From: Prevotellaceae bacterium
GTDB taxonomy: Bacteria; Bacteroidota; Bacteroidia; Bacteroidales; Paludibacteraceae
NCBI GenBank assembly: GCA_020636695.1
Contig: JACJXJ010000004.1
Location: forward strand, 6,135-70,134
Length of the DNA stretch: 64,000 nt
Reading direction: 5' to 3'
Shown: one piece after another, positions 28,169 through 40,252 of the stretch
Layout: each line of letters starts with the position of its first letter
Numbering within the stretch: position 1 is the first letter of the stretch
Translations under genes and position numbers: made by a program
Notes under the pieces: generated by a model
What the model saw: only the letters and a program-made list of their open reading frames with translations
What the model was told of the DNA's origin: nothing
Databases searched by the model: none

Positions 28169-28979
28169 GAACTTCACACTCGTCATAATCGGCGTTATGA
28201 TAGCACTTAGTGCCTGCAATAATAAAACGCCGAAACAATTGATTATTTTACACACCAACGACTCACATAGTCAGGTAGAAGCCACCAAAGATGGATTGGG
28301 CGGTTTTGCTCCTCGTCAGGCACTCATTGATAGTTTCCGCGCTGAAAATCCAAACGTATTATTAATTGATGCTGGCGATATTTTTCAAGGAACACCCTAC
28401 TTTAATATGTTCAACGGTCGTTTAGAAATAGATGCTTACAATAAAATGGGCTACGAAGCTGCCACCTTTGGTAATCATGAATTTGACAAAGGCATTGATA
28501 CCTTGGCAGCGCGTGTTCGTCAAGCTAATTTCCCTTTTGTCTGCTGCAACTACGAAGTAGCAGGCACACCGCTCGAAGGTTTAGTCAAACACTACATTGT
28601 AGTTGAGAAAGATGGTTTAAAAGTGGGCATTTTAGGACTAGGAGTTGACCCTAACAAACTTATTTTGGAAACTTACTTTGGCGGTATTAAGTACGAAGAT
28701 CCTATAAAAGCAGCCAACCGTTACGCTGAAATCTTAAAAAACAAAGAAAAATGCGATTTTATAATCGCGCTTTCACATCTTGGATATTCATCAGACCCAA
28801 ATGTAATGTCCGATTCGATATTGGCTGCAAATAGTCGTAATATCGACCTTATTTTAGGCGGTCACACGCACGAAATACGAGGTAAATTCAATATCAAAAA
28901 TTTGGATAACAAAACGGTTTCTGTGATGCAAGCTGGAAAATCGGCTAAAGAAATAACGGCGACAGTTGTAGAATATTAA
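28146..28979 (+). CDS. calcineurin-like metallophosphoesterase (UshA N-terminal domain type) lipoprotein
   Basis: Lipobox LSAC plus the metallophosphatase motifs HTNDSHS, AGDIFQG, GNHEFD, SHLG and GGHTH. Confidence 0.85.
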   Translation: MKSMLNNKNFTLVIIGVMIALSACNNKTPKQLIILHTNDSHSQVEATKDGLGGFAPRQALIDSFRAENPNVLLIDAGDIFQGTPYFNMFNGRLEIDAYNKMGYEAATFGNHEFDKGIDTLAARVRQANFPFVCCNYEVAGTPLEGLVKHYIVVEKDGLKVGILGLGVDPNKLILETYFGGIKYEDPIKAANRYAEILKNKEKCDFIIALSHLGYSSDPNVMSDSILAANSRNIDLILGGHTHEIRGKFNIKNLDNKTVSVMQAGKSAKEITATVVEY

Positions 28980-28997
28980 ACCGCAGCATATACTACT

Positions 28998-29029
28998 AAA
29001 AAAGGTCATCTATATAGATGACCTTTTTT
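28998..29029. terminator. bidirectional intrinsic terminator (nucleotidase pair / rubrerythrin)
   Basis: AAAAAAGGTCATCTA/TAGATGACCTTTTTT hairpin. Confidence 0.8.
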
Positions 29030-29048
29030 AGTGTAATGCCTTTTGCAA

Positions 29049-29624
29049 TTACATATTTTCTTTCTTAACTTCAAAATAAGCTTGAGGATGCAAACAAGCA
29101 GGACAAGCTTGGGGAGCTTCTTTACCTACATGAATGTAGCCACAATTGCGACATTGCCAAACTACTTCACCCTCTTTAGCAAAAACAGAAGCTGTTTCGA
29201 TATTAGCCACAAATGCACGATAACGCTCTTCGTGTGCTTTTTCTGCAATCGCTATATTACGATACATAGCCGCAATTGATAAGAAACCTTCTTGCTCTGC
29301 CACATCCGCAAAATGAGGATAATCGTGCGACCACTCTTCGTGTTCACCGGCTGCAGCAGCTTGGAGATTATCGATAGTACGACCAATAACACCTGCTGGA
29401 AAACTTGCAGTAATTTCTACCATACCACCTTCTAAAAACTTAAACATGCGTTTAGCATGCTCTTTTTCTTGATCGGCTGTTTCCGTAAAAATAGCAGCAA
29501 TCTGTTCAAAACCTTCCTTTTTAGCAGCACTTGCAAAATAGGTGTAACGCATACGAGCCTGACTTTCGCCAGCAAAAGAATGCATTAGATTCTTTTCAGT
29601 TTGTGTTCCTTTAATACTTTTCAT
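29049..29624 (-). CDS. rbr: rubrerythrin
   Basis: ExxH di-iron ferritin-like motifs (EKEHAKRM, EHEEW) and C-terminal rubredoxin CxxC...CxxC (CRNCG...CPAC). Confidence 0.93.
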   Translation of the reverse strand: MKSIKGTQTEKNLMHSFAGESQARMRYTYFASAAKKEGFEQIAAIFTETADQEKEHAKRMFKFLEGGMVEITASFPAGVIGRTIDNLQAAAAGEHEEWSHDYPHFADVAEQEGFLSIAAMYRNIAIAEKAHEERYRAFVANIETASVFAKEGEVVWQCRNCGYIHVGKEAPQACPACLHPQAYFEVKKENM

Positions 29625-29749
29625 AGATTATAAATTTAAAATTAGTAGTTCTATCGGAGTGTAAAATTAGCGTTTTATTTTGAAATAACCATACACCAAC
29701 TTATTTTTCTTAGTACTAATTTTCCATTGTAAAGTTTGAATGCTTTTTG

Positions 29750-29757
29750 TACCTTTG
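29750..29757 (+). promoter_or_regulatory. -7 box TACCTTTG for the helicase gene
   Basis: Exact TAnnTTTG match 26 nt upstream of the ATG at 29783. Confidence 0.5.
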
Positions 29758-29782
29758 TAGTTTGTAATCTTTCAAGAACGCT

Positions 29783-32084
29783 ATGGCTATCGAGCAATCA
29801 CCAGCTACCTCTCAAACCGATAATTTAAGAGATTTACTTAACGCAAACCAATACGAGGCTGTCACTTATACCGACGGCCCTTCGCTTATTGTGGCTGGAG
29901 CTGGTTCTGGTAAAACACGCGTATTGACCTATAAAATTGCCTATTTATTACAAAACGGATGGCATCCAAGCCAAATTCTCGCGTTAACGTTCACCAATAA
30001 AGCTGCCGAAGAGATGAAAGGGCGTATCGCCAAATTGGTAGGTGAACAACGCGCTAAATATCTCTGGATGGGAACTTTTCACTCCATTTTTTCAAAAATT
30101 CTACGCTACGAAGCCTCGCATCTTGGGTTTACCTCTAATTTCACGATATACGATTCGAGCGATTCCAAAAGTTTGATTCGTAGTTTAATCAAAGAGTTAC
30201 AACTCGACGACAAAACTTATAAAGTAAACAACATACAAAGTCGCATTTCATTTGCCAAAAATCAATTGGTAACGCCAGCCACTTATGCCAATGATTCGGA
30301 CATGATGCGTTCCGACATGAATTCCAAAACGCCACGTTTTATAGAGGTTTATCAACTCTATTGCCAGCGCTGCAGGAACTCGAACGCGATGGATTTTGAT
30401 GATTTGTTACTTTACACGAATACCCTTTTTGAAAAACATCCTGAAATTCTTAAAACCTATCAAGAACGATTTGGTTACATTTTAGTGGATGAGTATCAAG
30501 ATACAAACCGTGCGCAGCATTTAATTGTGAGTAAATTGGCAGCCAATCATCAACGTATTTGCGTGGTAGGCGACGATGCACAAAGCATCTATTCGTTTCG
30601 TGGTGCCAATATCGACAATATGTTGATGTTTCAACGGCAATATGAGGGCTGTAAACTGTTCAAACTGGAACAAAATTACCGTTCGACACAAACGCTCGTT
30701 AATGCGGCCAACTCCTTAATCAGCAGGAATAAAAATCAAATCCGCAAAAACGTATTTTCGGATGGCGATATCGGAAAAGCGATTAAATTACTCACAGCCT
30801 ACAGCGATTACGACGAAGCGTTTGCTGTAGCAGCCACTATGCAAGAAAGCATTAGAGACACACGTGATGCCTACAGCGATTACGCCATATTATACCGCAC
30901 TAACGCGCAATCGCGCACCTTGGAAGAGGCACTTCGAAAACGTGCCATTCCATATAAAATCTATGGCGGTTTGTCGTTTTACCAACGCAAAGAAGTAAAA
31001 GACATTCTGGCTTATTTACGTTTAATCATCAATCCAAATGATGAAGAATCGTTTAAGCGCATCATCAATTATCCGGCACGCGGCATTGGTGAAACCACCC
31101 AACAAAAAATATTACAAACGGCTCACACGCACGCTGTAAGTCCGCTAGAAGTAGTTAAAAATCCAGCAGATTTCACACTAGATATCAATAACGGCACCGC
31201 CAAAAAAATACAAAATTTTGGTAGCTTAATTGAACAATTCAGGACACTGAATGAAGACAAAGATGCATACGTTGTAGCCGAACAAGTGGTTATCGCCTCG
31301 GGCATTATGCAAGATATTTCTGTAGATAATACACCTGAAAACTTGAGCCGCAAAGAAAATGTGCAAGAACTTTTGAGTGCTATCAATCAATTTTGCGAAG
31401 AAAAAGCAAATGCTGGCGATACCGAATTAAAGTTGGTGGACTTTTTATCGGAAGTAGCTCTACTCACCGACCAGGACAAAGAAAGCGAAAATGACAAAAA
31501 TCGTGTCACCATGATGACAGTGCATGCTGCCAAAGGTTTGGAATTTAAACACGTCTTTATCGTTGGACTTGAAGAAAATTTATTTCCATCCAACATGTGC
31601 GAAACAGAAAGAGAGTTGGAAGAAGAGCGTCGTTTATTATATGTAGCTCTCACACGCGCTAAAATAGATTGTGTAATAAGTTATGCTAAATCGCGATTTA
31701 GAAATGGTCAAACCCAATTTTCAAATCCAAGTCGCTTTTTACACGATATTGATGCAAAATATTTCCAAACGCCTTATGAAGATAAAAAACCAGAAATAGT
31801 ACGCTCAACCACGCCTACATTTTCAAAGTTTGATACGCCACCAACTATTAGCACGCCACAACGTTTAAAAACGTATTGTGCCAAGTAATCAAAGTAACAT
31901 TAACACAGGTCATCATAATTATCCATACCAAGTGGGCATGCACGTTCATCATCATGTGTTTGGAAATGGTGAAATCATCGCAATCGAAGGGAATGGTGAT
32001 AATACCAAAGCACATATCCATTTTGAAACACATGGCGAAAAACCATTGCTTCTTAAATATGCTAAACTAACAATAATAGACTAA
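29783..32084 (+). pseudogene. UvrD/PcrA/Rep family ATP-dependent DNA helicase, frame broken in the A-run 31867-31871
   Basis: AGAGSGKTRVL Walker A, VDEYQDTN, and helicase motifs V-VI (TVHAAKGLEF, YVALTRAK). The last 68 aa (VGMHVHHHVFGNGEIIAIEG..., the typical C-terminal beta domain) lie in the -1 frame after AAAAA. Confidence 0.85.
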
Positions 32085-32119
32085 AGTTAACGTTATAAAC
32101 ATCGATAAAGCCTAATTTT

Positions 32120-34566
32120 TTGAAAAAAAATCTTCTCATACTAATCTTGCTGTTTTTGTGTGGCGCGCTCCCTGCAAAAAAAATATATTTACGCGGTTAT
32201 GTACTCGACAATAACAATCGTGGTATAGATTTAGCAAACATACAAGTAAAAGGAACCAGTCAAGGTACTTCTACCAACGAACAAGGTTTTTATGAATTAC
32301 GTCTCGAGGCAACGGACACTTTTCACGTGGTATATTCTTGCATTGGCTACGAAACTAAAGAATACAAGTTCCCAGCAACAGAAGACGTCATAAATGCCAC
32401 CAAAATATTACCATCGGTTTCGACACAATTGGAAAGTGTTGAAATTAGAGCTTTTCAACGCCAAACAAACACCATGCAAGGCATCGATACCGAAAAATTC
32501 AGAATGATGCCAGACGCTTCGGGTGGAAATTTAGAATCGATGTTATCGAGTTTTGCTGGCGTTAATTCCACCAACGAATTGAGTTCTCAATACTCTGTAC
32601 GTGGTGGTAGTTACGACGAGAACAGCGTTTATGTCAATAATATTGAAGTCTATCGACCATTGCTAGTGCGGGCAGGACAACAAGAAGGATTGAGTTTTAT
32701 TAATCCAGATTTGGTAGATAAAGTTCAGTTTTCGGCTGGTGGCTTTAGTGCAAAATATGGCGACAAAATGTCGTCGGTATTGGATGTAACCTACAAAATA
32801 ACCTGAAACAATTTGAAAGTTCACTCGCCATTAGTTTATTGGGAGCTTCTGGCATACTTAGGTTCTGCCTCCAAAAACTTCACACAAGTACACGGTATTC
32901 GTTATAAAACGTCATCGTACTTACTAGGTACACTCGATACCCAAGGTGAATATTCGCCTTCATTTGTGGATTACCAAACCTATATGACGTTTAAATTCAG
33001 CGACAAGTGGAATGGTTCATTTTTAGGTAATTTCTCGCAAAATTATTATCGATTTACACCTGTTGAAAGAGAGACATCATTTGGAACCTTACAAATGAAC
33101 CGGAACTTTAAAGTCTTTTTTGAAGGTATGGAAAAAGACATCTTTAGAACTTATTTTGGGGCATTTACGGTTAATTATCAGCCGCACAAAAACCTCAAAT
33201 TAAGTGTTATGACTTCCACTTACAATACGAATGAACAAGAAACTTACGATATTACTGGCCAATATTGGTTGTCGGATTTAGATATAAACAATACTGGTTA
33301 CACCAACAACCAGGGCGTTGGTACGTACCACGAGCATGCGCGCAACCGCTTATCGGCTACAGTAATCAATTTGTCACACTTAGGAGAATTTAAATATGCC
33401 AATCACCATATGCAATGGGGTGTAGGTATTCAACAGGAAATTATTTTAGACCGTATACGCGAATGGGAATTTAGAGATTCTGCAGGCTATTCACTCCCCT
33501 ACAATCCTGAAAAGGTTGAACTCATTTATAATCTTTCGGCGAAAACCAACCTAAGTACAACGCGTTTTACTGGCTATTTCGAAGAAACCTATAAAATCCC
33601 TTCCGCCACAGGTTTATGGACATTCAATGGCGGTGTGCGTTTTAACTATTGGTCGTTCAACAAAGAGTGGCTTGTAAGTCCACGCATTTCAGGTTCTTAT
33701 TTTCCCGATTGGGATGTGGACGTTAATTTCCGAATGGCGGCGGGTTTATACCATCAAGCACCTTTTTATAAAGAAATTCGAACAGAAGTTACTGACAACG
33801 ATGGGAATACCACAATGGTACTAAATCCCAAACATACAAGCACAACGCTCATTACACTTGTTACTTGGTGCTGATTATTTCTTTAGGCTTGGAATCGACC
33901 ATTCAAATTTACGGTTGAAGGATATTATAAACCAGGTGATCGGATTAATCCCTATTATGTAGACAATGTGCGCATTCGTTATAGTGGTCAGAATAATGCC
34001 GTAGCACAAACAGCGGGTGTCGATTTAAAATTATTTGGTGAATTTGTGCCTGGCACCGATTCGTGGATTTCATTCTCGTGGATGTATTCTAAAGAAGATA
34101 TTCTAAATGATTCTTATCAAGTATATAGCAACACTGGAAATTTGTTAGGCACTGTTTATCCCGGCTATATTTCACGACCAAATGAACAACGTTACAATGT
34201 ATCAATGTTTTTTCAAGACTATTTCCCAAACCATCCTGAATATAAAATATACTTAAAATTAGTATGGTCTGATGGATTACCATTTGGGCCACCTCATAGT
34301 GAACGATATCAAGCAGTATTGCGTACAAAAGCCTATAACCGTGTAGATATTGGAGCATCACGTGGCTTTTTGAAGGGACAAGATAAATTTATGGATAAAC
34401 AAAACGTGATAAAAGCGCTTTGGCTCAATTTGAATTATTTAACCTATTCAATATTAGAAATGTAAACTCCTATTATTGGGTAACCGACATCTACAATCAA
34501 CAGTTTGCAGTTCCCAACTACCTCACAGGATTTATGGTTAATTTTAAAGTCTCGGTTGATTTCTAA
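32120..34566 (+). pseudogene. TonB-dependent receptor (CarboxypepD_reg + plug + barrel) with at least 5 indels
   Basis: Signal peptide, carboxypeptidase-regulatory-like N-domain and plug (SVRGGSYDEN). The reconstructed C-terminus ...FMVNFKVSVDF ends in the canonical terminal Phe. Frame switches lie near 32797, 32851, 33836, 33893 and 34430. The start codon is TTG. Confidence 0.8.
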
Positions 34567-34568
34567 CT

Positions 34569-34598
34569 AAAAAAGCTACTCGTTTGAGTAGCTTTTTT
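34569..34598. terminator. bidirectional intrinsic terminator
   Basis: AAAAAAGCTACTC/GAGTAGCTTTTTT hairpin. Confidence 0.8.
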
Positions 34599-34621
34599 AG
34601 TTAGATTATTTGTGAACTAGT

Positions 34622-35565
34622 TTATTTCTTAAGAAAAGCACGAACTTCTTTACGACGAACAATACCCCAAGCCACTAAAGCGCCAAACACATAACCACCC
34701 AATACCCAAAACAGCATACAAAGTATACGCCATGGAGCCAATAAAACCATATCTGATTGAAAATTAATAGTATGTGTATTCTGTGCTAACTGAGTAGCAA
34801 TATGGTCACGTTGTTCCATGACTTCAAACATACTTTCGTGGAAAAAGTTCTTTTCTTTTTCTGCAAATACAAATGTTCTTCCACCTCTAATGCAATCGGT
34901 TTAGATTTAGAAAATATTCATAATTAGCCAAACTATCTAAACGTTTCACCTCTCTTATTATAGGCGGAAGTTGAGTTTCCAAACGCTCTTTTCCTTGTTG
35001 CGTCAATAACACAACACCAGCTTGTTTGTCAAAATAAGTTTGTAATCCTTTTTGAATTGGTTTAAAATCAGTAATGCCTTTAGCTGAGACACGCAAATAA
35101 AAACGATCGTTCATTACCACATTAACTGTATCTACCAAAAAATCTGGTTCACGATCAAAATCTGGAAAATCTGGAATTTTATCAGCTTTTTAAATCAATA
35201 TAATTAAACGTCTCAAATTTGCGAATCTTACTAGCAATAGATTCTGGCAACTGCAAATCCACCGCCAAATCCTTTGTGCGACAGTGTGAATTCAGACGAG
35301 CGATGTGATCAAGTACTGCAGGTCGAGCTTCTTCTACAAATAAAATGGTAGATCCTCCTTTAAACGTGGTTCGAGCTGGTGTCGTAAAAAACCAACCAGC
35401 AAAAAAAGCCAAAATTATAAAGGCCAAAATCACCCAACTATTTTGTATAGAGAATCTCAACAACAGTAACAAGGATTTGCCTAGACGCTTTAACCCACGT
35501 GCAAGTCCTCTAAAAATAAGATAAATAAAATCCAACAAATTAATCTCTTTGTGTTCATTTTCCAT
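34622..35565 (-). pseudogene. two-TM envelope protein (Wzz/chain-length-determinant-like topology) in three frame-shifted pieces
   Basis: Three consecutive same-strand ORFs in different frames. There is an N-terminal TM (WVILAFIILAFFAGWFF) and a C-terminal TM (FWVLGGYVFGALVAWGIV). The fold assignment is weak. Confidence 0.4.
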
Positions 35566-35618
35566 AGTAAATAGGCTATTTTAAAATTAAGTTTACAAAA
35601 GTAACGTAAATTGTTCTA

Positions 35619-36278
35619 TTAGGAAAGTTTTTCTTCGTCTTCTAGCGGAATATTCCAATATTCCTCCTCATCCGAACTCTCTTCTTCCCAAATTTTGACT
35701 GGTTTTTGAGGCCCTTGATGTCTATATACAAACGCAAGCACAACCCCAATTATTGCCCCAAACAGATGTCCTTCCCACGAAACAGTATCTGTTGGCTGCC
35801 AAGGAAATAGATGCCAAACCATGCTGCCATATAAAAATATAACTATAAATGAAATGGCCATAAGCGGTATATGATGGCGAATGAAGCCACTCACCAACAA
35901 GAAAAAAGCCAAAGCGTAAATTACGCCACTAGCTCAAACATGGGAGCCTGCACGTCCACCAAGCCAAATACACACGCCTACTAATAACCACTCATAAAAC
36001 GCAATTTTAAGGGCTATGTTGTGATAAAAATAAAACAAGGAAACGGACAACACCCAAAACGACACCACATTATTTAATAAATGCTGCCACGAAGCATGCA
36101 CAAAAATATGTGTAAAAATTCCTAGCAATCCTTTCCATGTACGTGGCCAAATTCCACCAATTTCAGCATCAACATGAAACCACTGCATAAGCACAAACAC
36201 AAATCCCATACTAAAAACGCACAGCGTGGGAATAAACAAAGCATAAAAAACACGTTGTTTAATTTTGTTCTCAGCCAT
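35619..36278 (-). pseudogene. rhomboid family intramembrane serine protease interrupted by an in-frame TGA (35934-35936)
   Basis: Both ORFs are in the same frame. The sequence reads ...GGRAGSHV-TGA-ASGVIYALAFFLL, so the stop replaces the first Gly of the catalytic GxSG motif. A downstream His (WEGHLFGAI) is present. Confidence 0.75.
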
Positions 36279-36285
36279 ACAAAGT

Positions 36286-39078
36286 TTACAAAAGAGGTTT
36301 TAGATAGTGTCCTGTATAAGATTCTTGACAGGCAGCAATCACTTCAGGTGTACCTTCACAAACGACTTGTCCTCCGCCCTTTCCTCCTTCAGGACCAATA
36401 TCAATAATATGATCGGCACATTTAATCACGTCCAAATTATGCTCAATAATAACAACCGTATGACCTTTTGCCAACAACGCATCAAAGGCTTTCAACAAGG
36501 TTTTTATATCGTGTGTATGTAATCCGGTAGTTGGTTCGTCAAAAATGAACATCATCGGTTGTAGTGTTTCATTCGCCAAAAAAGAGGCCAACTTAACACG
36601 CTGACTTTCGCCACCAGACAAGGTATTAGACGATTGTCCCAACTTAACATAACCGATGCCTACATCTTGTAACGGTTTGAGACGTTTCACAATTCGTTTT
36701 TCAACTGTACCTTGATGTTCTGAGAAAAATTCAATAGCTTGATTGATAGTCATTTCAAGCACGTCGAAAATATTTTTTTCATGATACCGCACTTCGAGGA
36801 TGTCGGCTTTAAAACGTTTTCCATGACACGCTTCACACTCCAACTCCAAATCGGCCATAAATTGCATAGGAATAGTGACCGTGCCTTCGCCTTGGCACAC
36901 CTCACAACGTCCACCATCTTGATTAAAGGAGAAATAAGTGGGTGAAAAGTTCATCTGTTTGGCCAAAGGTTGTTCGGAAAATAATTTTCGAATATCGTCA
37001 TACGCTTTGATATAAGTTACAGGATTAGAACGCGACGATTTGCCAATGGGACTTTGATTCACAAACTCAACATCTGAAACAAGATGAAAACTGCCTTTCA
37101 TGCCAGCAAAAGCTCCTGGCGACATAACGGCATCGCCACTTAACTGTTTTTTTAAACCAGCATAAAAGACATCACGCACTAATGACGACTTACCAGAACC
37201 GCTGACGCCCGTAACCACTGTCATTACATTAAGTGGAAATTTGACATTTATATTTTTCAAATTATTGGCAGTTGCACCGATTACTTCAATATAATTGGCC
37301 CATTTACGACGAGATAAGGGAACTTGAATTTGTTCTTTTCCCAATAAATATTTTAACGTAAACGAGTTTTCGGCATCTTCAGGTTTAGCATCGACTGCTG
37401 CACCGCTCCAAACCACTTCTCCACCCAATCGACCAGCCAAAGGTCCCATATCAATAAGATAATCGGCCGCTTTTATAATGTCGTTATCATGTTCCACAAC
37501 CACCACTGTATTTCCCAGTTGTTGTAGTTGGCGCAATACACGAATTAAACGCTCCGTATCGCGGGAATGCAGCCCAATACTTGGTTCATCGAGAATATAT
37601 AACGAACCCACCAACGCACTACCTAAGGAAGTTGCCAAATTAATGCGCTGGCTTTCGCCACCTGACAACGTATTGGATTGACGATTAAGTGTAAGATAAC
37701 CCAAGCCAACATCCACTAAAAAGCGCAAGCGATTATTAATTTCAATCAACAAACGTTTAGCTATTTGCTGGTCGTGTTTACTCAATTCTAAATTGGCAAA
37801 AAATGGCAGTAACTCATCTATTGGTAAATCTACCAAGTCGGTGATTGATTTACCCACGATTTTCACATATTGAGCTTCCTTACGCAAACGTGTGCCGCCA
37901 CACTCAGGACAAATGGTTTTACCACGATAGCGAGCCAACATCACCCGATATTGAATTTTATATTGCTGCGACTCCAAATATTCAAAAAACTTATTCAGTC
38001 CTCCAAAATGACTATTACCTGTCCACAACAACTCTTTTTCAGTGGCAGAAAGTTCAAAATAAGGTTTATGAATAGGAAATCCAAACTTATCAGCGTTATA
38101 AATCAGCTCGTTTTTCCATTCACTCATAACATCGCCTCGCCAACAAACAATGGCATCCTCGTATATGGATAACGATTGATTTGGAATTACCAAGTTAGGA
38201 TCAATGCCCATCACTTTTCCAAAACCTTCGCATTTAGGACACGCGCCAAGTGGATTGTTGAAGCTAAACATATGGTCGCTCGGTTCATTGAACACGATAC
38301 CATCAGCCTCAAATGCATGCGAGAACAGATGTTTTACTGGTTTATCTTCTTTTTGATACACCACCAAACACGTATTATGTCCCTCAAAAAAAGCCGTTTG
38401 TACAGAATCTGCCAACCGATTTTGTGTTTCTTTATCATGTTTTACCACCACGCGGTCAATCACTAAATTGATTTTATCCGCCTTTTTTAGTAACGATGGC
38501 TGTTCTAGTATATCGGTGATACGAAAATAATCTCCCTGTAACTCAACGCGTGAAAAACCTTGTTGCTGAAATAATTCGAGTTGTTGAGTAATGGTTCTAT
38601 CATCAGCCGGATGGAAATGTGCCAACAAATAAACCGTCGTATTTTCGGGCAATTTGGTGATATAATCGACCACATCAGACACGCTATCTTTGCGCACTTC
38701 GACACCTGAAATAGGCGAATAAGTGCGACCAATACGTGCAAATAATAATTTCAGATATTCATAAATTTCTGTAGATGTACCAACCGTCGATCGCGGATTA
38801 TTACTAATAACCTTTTGTTCAATAGCAATAGCCGGCGGAATGCCTTTGATGTAATCGACTTCGGGCTTATTCATTCGACCTAAAAATTGTCGTACATAAG
38901 CCGATAGACTCTCCACATAACGACGCTGACCTTCGGCATACAATGTATCGAAAGCCAGCGAAGATTTCCCAGAGCCAGAAAGACCTGTAATAACGACTAA
39001 TTTATTGCGAGGAATCTTAACATCAACATGTTTCAAATTATGAACACGCGCATTTTTTATTTCTATAAATTCACTCAT
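36286..39078 (-). CDS. uvrA: excinuclease ABC subunit A
   Basis: 930 aa with two ABC modules ([12 protein letters not shown] and [11 protein letters not shown]), two LSGGESQR signatures and zinc-finger CxxC pairs. Confidence 0.95.
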   Translation of the reverse strand: MSEFIEIKNARVHNLKHVDVKIPRNKLVVITGLSGSGKSSLAFDTLYAEGQRRYVESLSAYVRQFLGRMNKPEVDYIKGIPPAIAIEQKVISNNPRSTVGTSTEIYEYLKLLFARIGRTYSPISGVEVRKDSVSDVVDYITKLPENTTVYLLAHFHPADDRTITQQLELFQQQGFSRVELQGDYFRITDILEQPSLLKKADKINLVIDRVVVKHDKETQNRLADSVQTAFFEGHNTCLVVYQKEDKPVKHLFSHAFEADGIVFNEPSDHMFSFNNPLGACPKCEGFGKVMGIDPNLVIPNQSLSIYEDAIVCWRGDVMSEWKNELIYNADKFGFPIHKPYFELSATEKELLWTGNSHFGGLNKFFEYLESQQYKIQYRVMLARYRGKTICPECGGTRLRKEAQYVKIVGKSITDLVDLPIDELLPFFANLELSKHDQQIAKRLLIEINNRLRFLVDVGLGYLTLNRQSNTLSGGESQRINLATSLGSALVGSLYILDEPSIGLHSRDTERLIRVLRQLQQLGNTVVVVEHDNDIIKAADYLIDMGPLAGRLGGEVVWSGAAVDAKPEDAENSFTLKYLLGKEQIQVPLSRRKWANYIEVIGATANNLKNINVKFPLNVMTVVTGVSGSGKSSLVRDVFYAGLKKQLSGDAVMSPGAFAGMKGSFHLVSDVEFVNQSPIGKSSRSNPVTYIKAYDDIRKLFSEQPLAKQMNFSPTYFSFNQDGGRCEVCQGEGTVTIPMQFMADLELECEACHGKRFKADILEVRYHEKNIFDVLEMTINQAIEFFSEHQGTVEKRIVKRLKPLQDVGIGYVKLGQSSNTLSGGESQRVKLASFLANETLQPMMFIFDEPTTGLHTHDIKTLLKAFDALLAKGHTVVIIEHNLDVIKCADHIIDIGPEGGKGGGQVVCEGTPEVIAACQESYTGHYLKPLL

Positions 39079-39080
39079 TC

Positions 39081-40130
39081 TTATTTTGAAATCGACTTAA
39101 TAGTACCAAAATCGGTAAATTCCACCTTCGTATAAACGCCATCAAACATCACAGCAGGCAAACAAGCTACAGTGCCAAATTGAGGCATGGTAAATGTTTT
39201 TTGAGCTAAAATAGTCGTGCCATCAGCTACGACTACTTCTGCCGAACCTGGTACGTTATAGTAAGGACCACACATTTTTTTTGCATTCGCAGTTGGTGCT
39301 GGAGCTGTTACCATGTGAGGTTTCACTGAGAGATAAATAGGACGACCCAACAAATTGTCCGATTCAACTATACCTGCTACCGCAGACATACGGAACACGA
39401 TGTGATTAGTCAGTGCTTCAGTAGGTGTTACATAAAATTTACGAGAAGCTGGCACAGAAATACGTTTCCCAACAAATAAAGCCATCAATTCGGCTTCTGC
39501 CTCATCCAACTTTTGAAGCATCAACGTAAGCGATACGCCATCAGGTAAATGATCATTGTCGCCCGACAATAAATTGGTACGACTTTCGCGAATATGATAA
39601 ATTTGTTTGGCGGCAATTTCTGCCATCTTGGGAATAGAACTTGATACTAACGCCTCTTCACCCAACTGCGCAAGATCAAACCGAATGATGGTATCCACAA
39701 CTGTCTGAGGACAATTTTTAGAACGATCTGATTTTGCATAAGTTACTTGATTAATAGCTCGAATCACACCTCGCCCATCCAATTCAATATTAGAAGCTGT
39801 TGTTTTTTTATTAATAGCAATATGATAGCATTTGGTACGATCAGGTTCTGTACGATAAAACGCCTTCACGCCTTTCAACTGCCATTCATTTTTAGCTTCG
39901 ACAATAAAATCAGTCGTTCCTAAAAAGCGTTCTGCATATTTATAAAAAGGGCCTGGCTTTTCAATAACTTGTACCACTTCCGCTTGAAACACAAGGGTCG
40001 TCAACGGTAATTTATACATAATACCATCAGGTCTTATTTCATCTTCTTGCACTGGATTTACATTAGTTTGAGCACACAAAGTGGCAATACCACTCAGCAT
40101 AGCAACCAATAATACAAAACCTTTTTTCAT
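39081..40130 (-). CDS. secreted protein of unknown function (DUF4831-like)
   Basis: Signal peptide ending in CAQ. 349 aa with no catalytic motif I recognise. The family name is from memory only. Confidence 0.4.
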   Translation of the reverse strand: MKKGFVLLVAMLSGIATLCAQTNVNPVQEDEIRPDGIMYKLPLTTLVFQAEVVQVIEKPGPFYKYAERFLGTTDFIVEAKNEWQLKGVKAFYRTEPDRTKCYHIAINKKTTASNIELDGRGVIRAINQVTYAKSDRSKNCPQTVVDTIIRFDLAQLGEEALVSSSIPKMAEIAAKQIYHIRESRTNLLSGDNDHLPDGVSLTLMLQKLDEAEAELMALFVGKRISVPASRKFYVTPTEALTNHIVFRMSAVAGIVESDNLLGRPIYLSVKPHMVTAPAPTANAKKMCGPYYNVPGSAEVVVADGTTILAQKTFTMPQFGTVACLPAVMFDGVYTKVEFTDFGTIKSISK

Positions 40131-40244
40131 ATTTTTTTCGTTTAAAATTTAGTAAAAACAAAAGTAACTGATTTTTTTCATATTTGCAGTAAGAAACGAA
40201 AGGATTTTAACTCACCGTGATTTGCTGCATCCCACAAATAATTA

Positions 40245-40252
40245 TATCTTTG
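40245..40252 (+). promoter_or_regulatory. -7 box TATCTTTG for nadA
   Basis: Exact TAnnTTTG match about 70 nt upstream of the ATG at 40323. Confidence 0.5.

Noticed and set aside
31848-32084. Overlapping small ORFs at the helicase 3' end (31848-32033 minus, 31876-32070 plus), considered as independent genes.
   Set aside because: The 31878-32084 frame encodes the recognisable C-terminal beta domain of UvrD/PcrA-type helicases and joins the main ORF after a 1-nt change in an A5 run. The other two are shadow ORFs.
35934-35936. Possible UGA-to-Gly (or Trp) genetic-code reassignment, suggested by the in-frame TGA at a conserved Gly in the rhomboid protease.
   Set aside because: This is a single occurrence. 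Many well-supported genes in the window end with TGA at the expected position, so TGA is a functional stop here.
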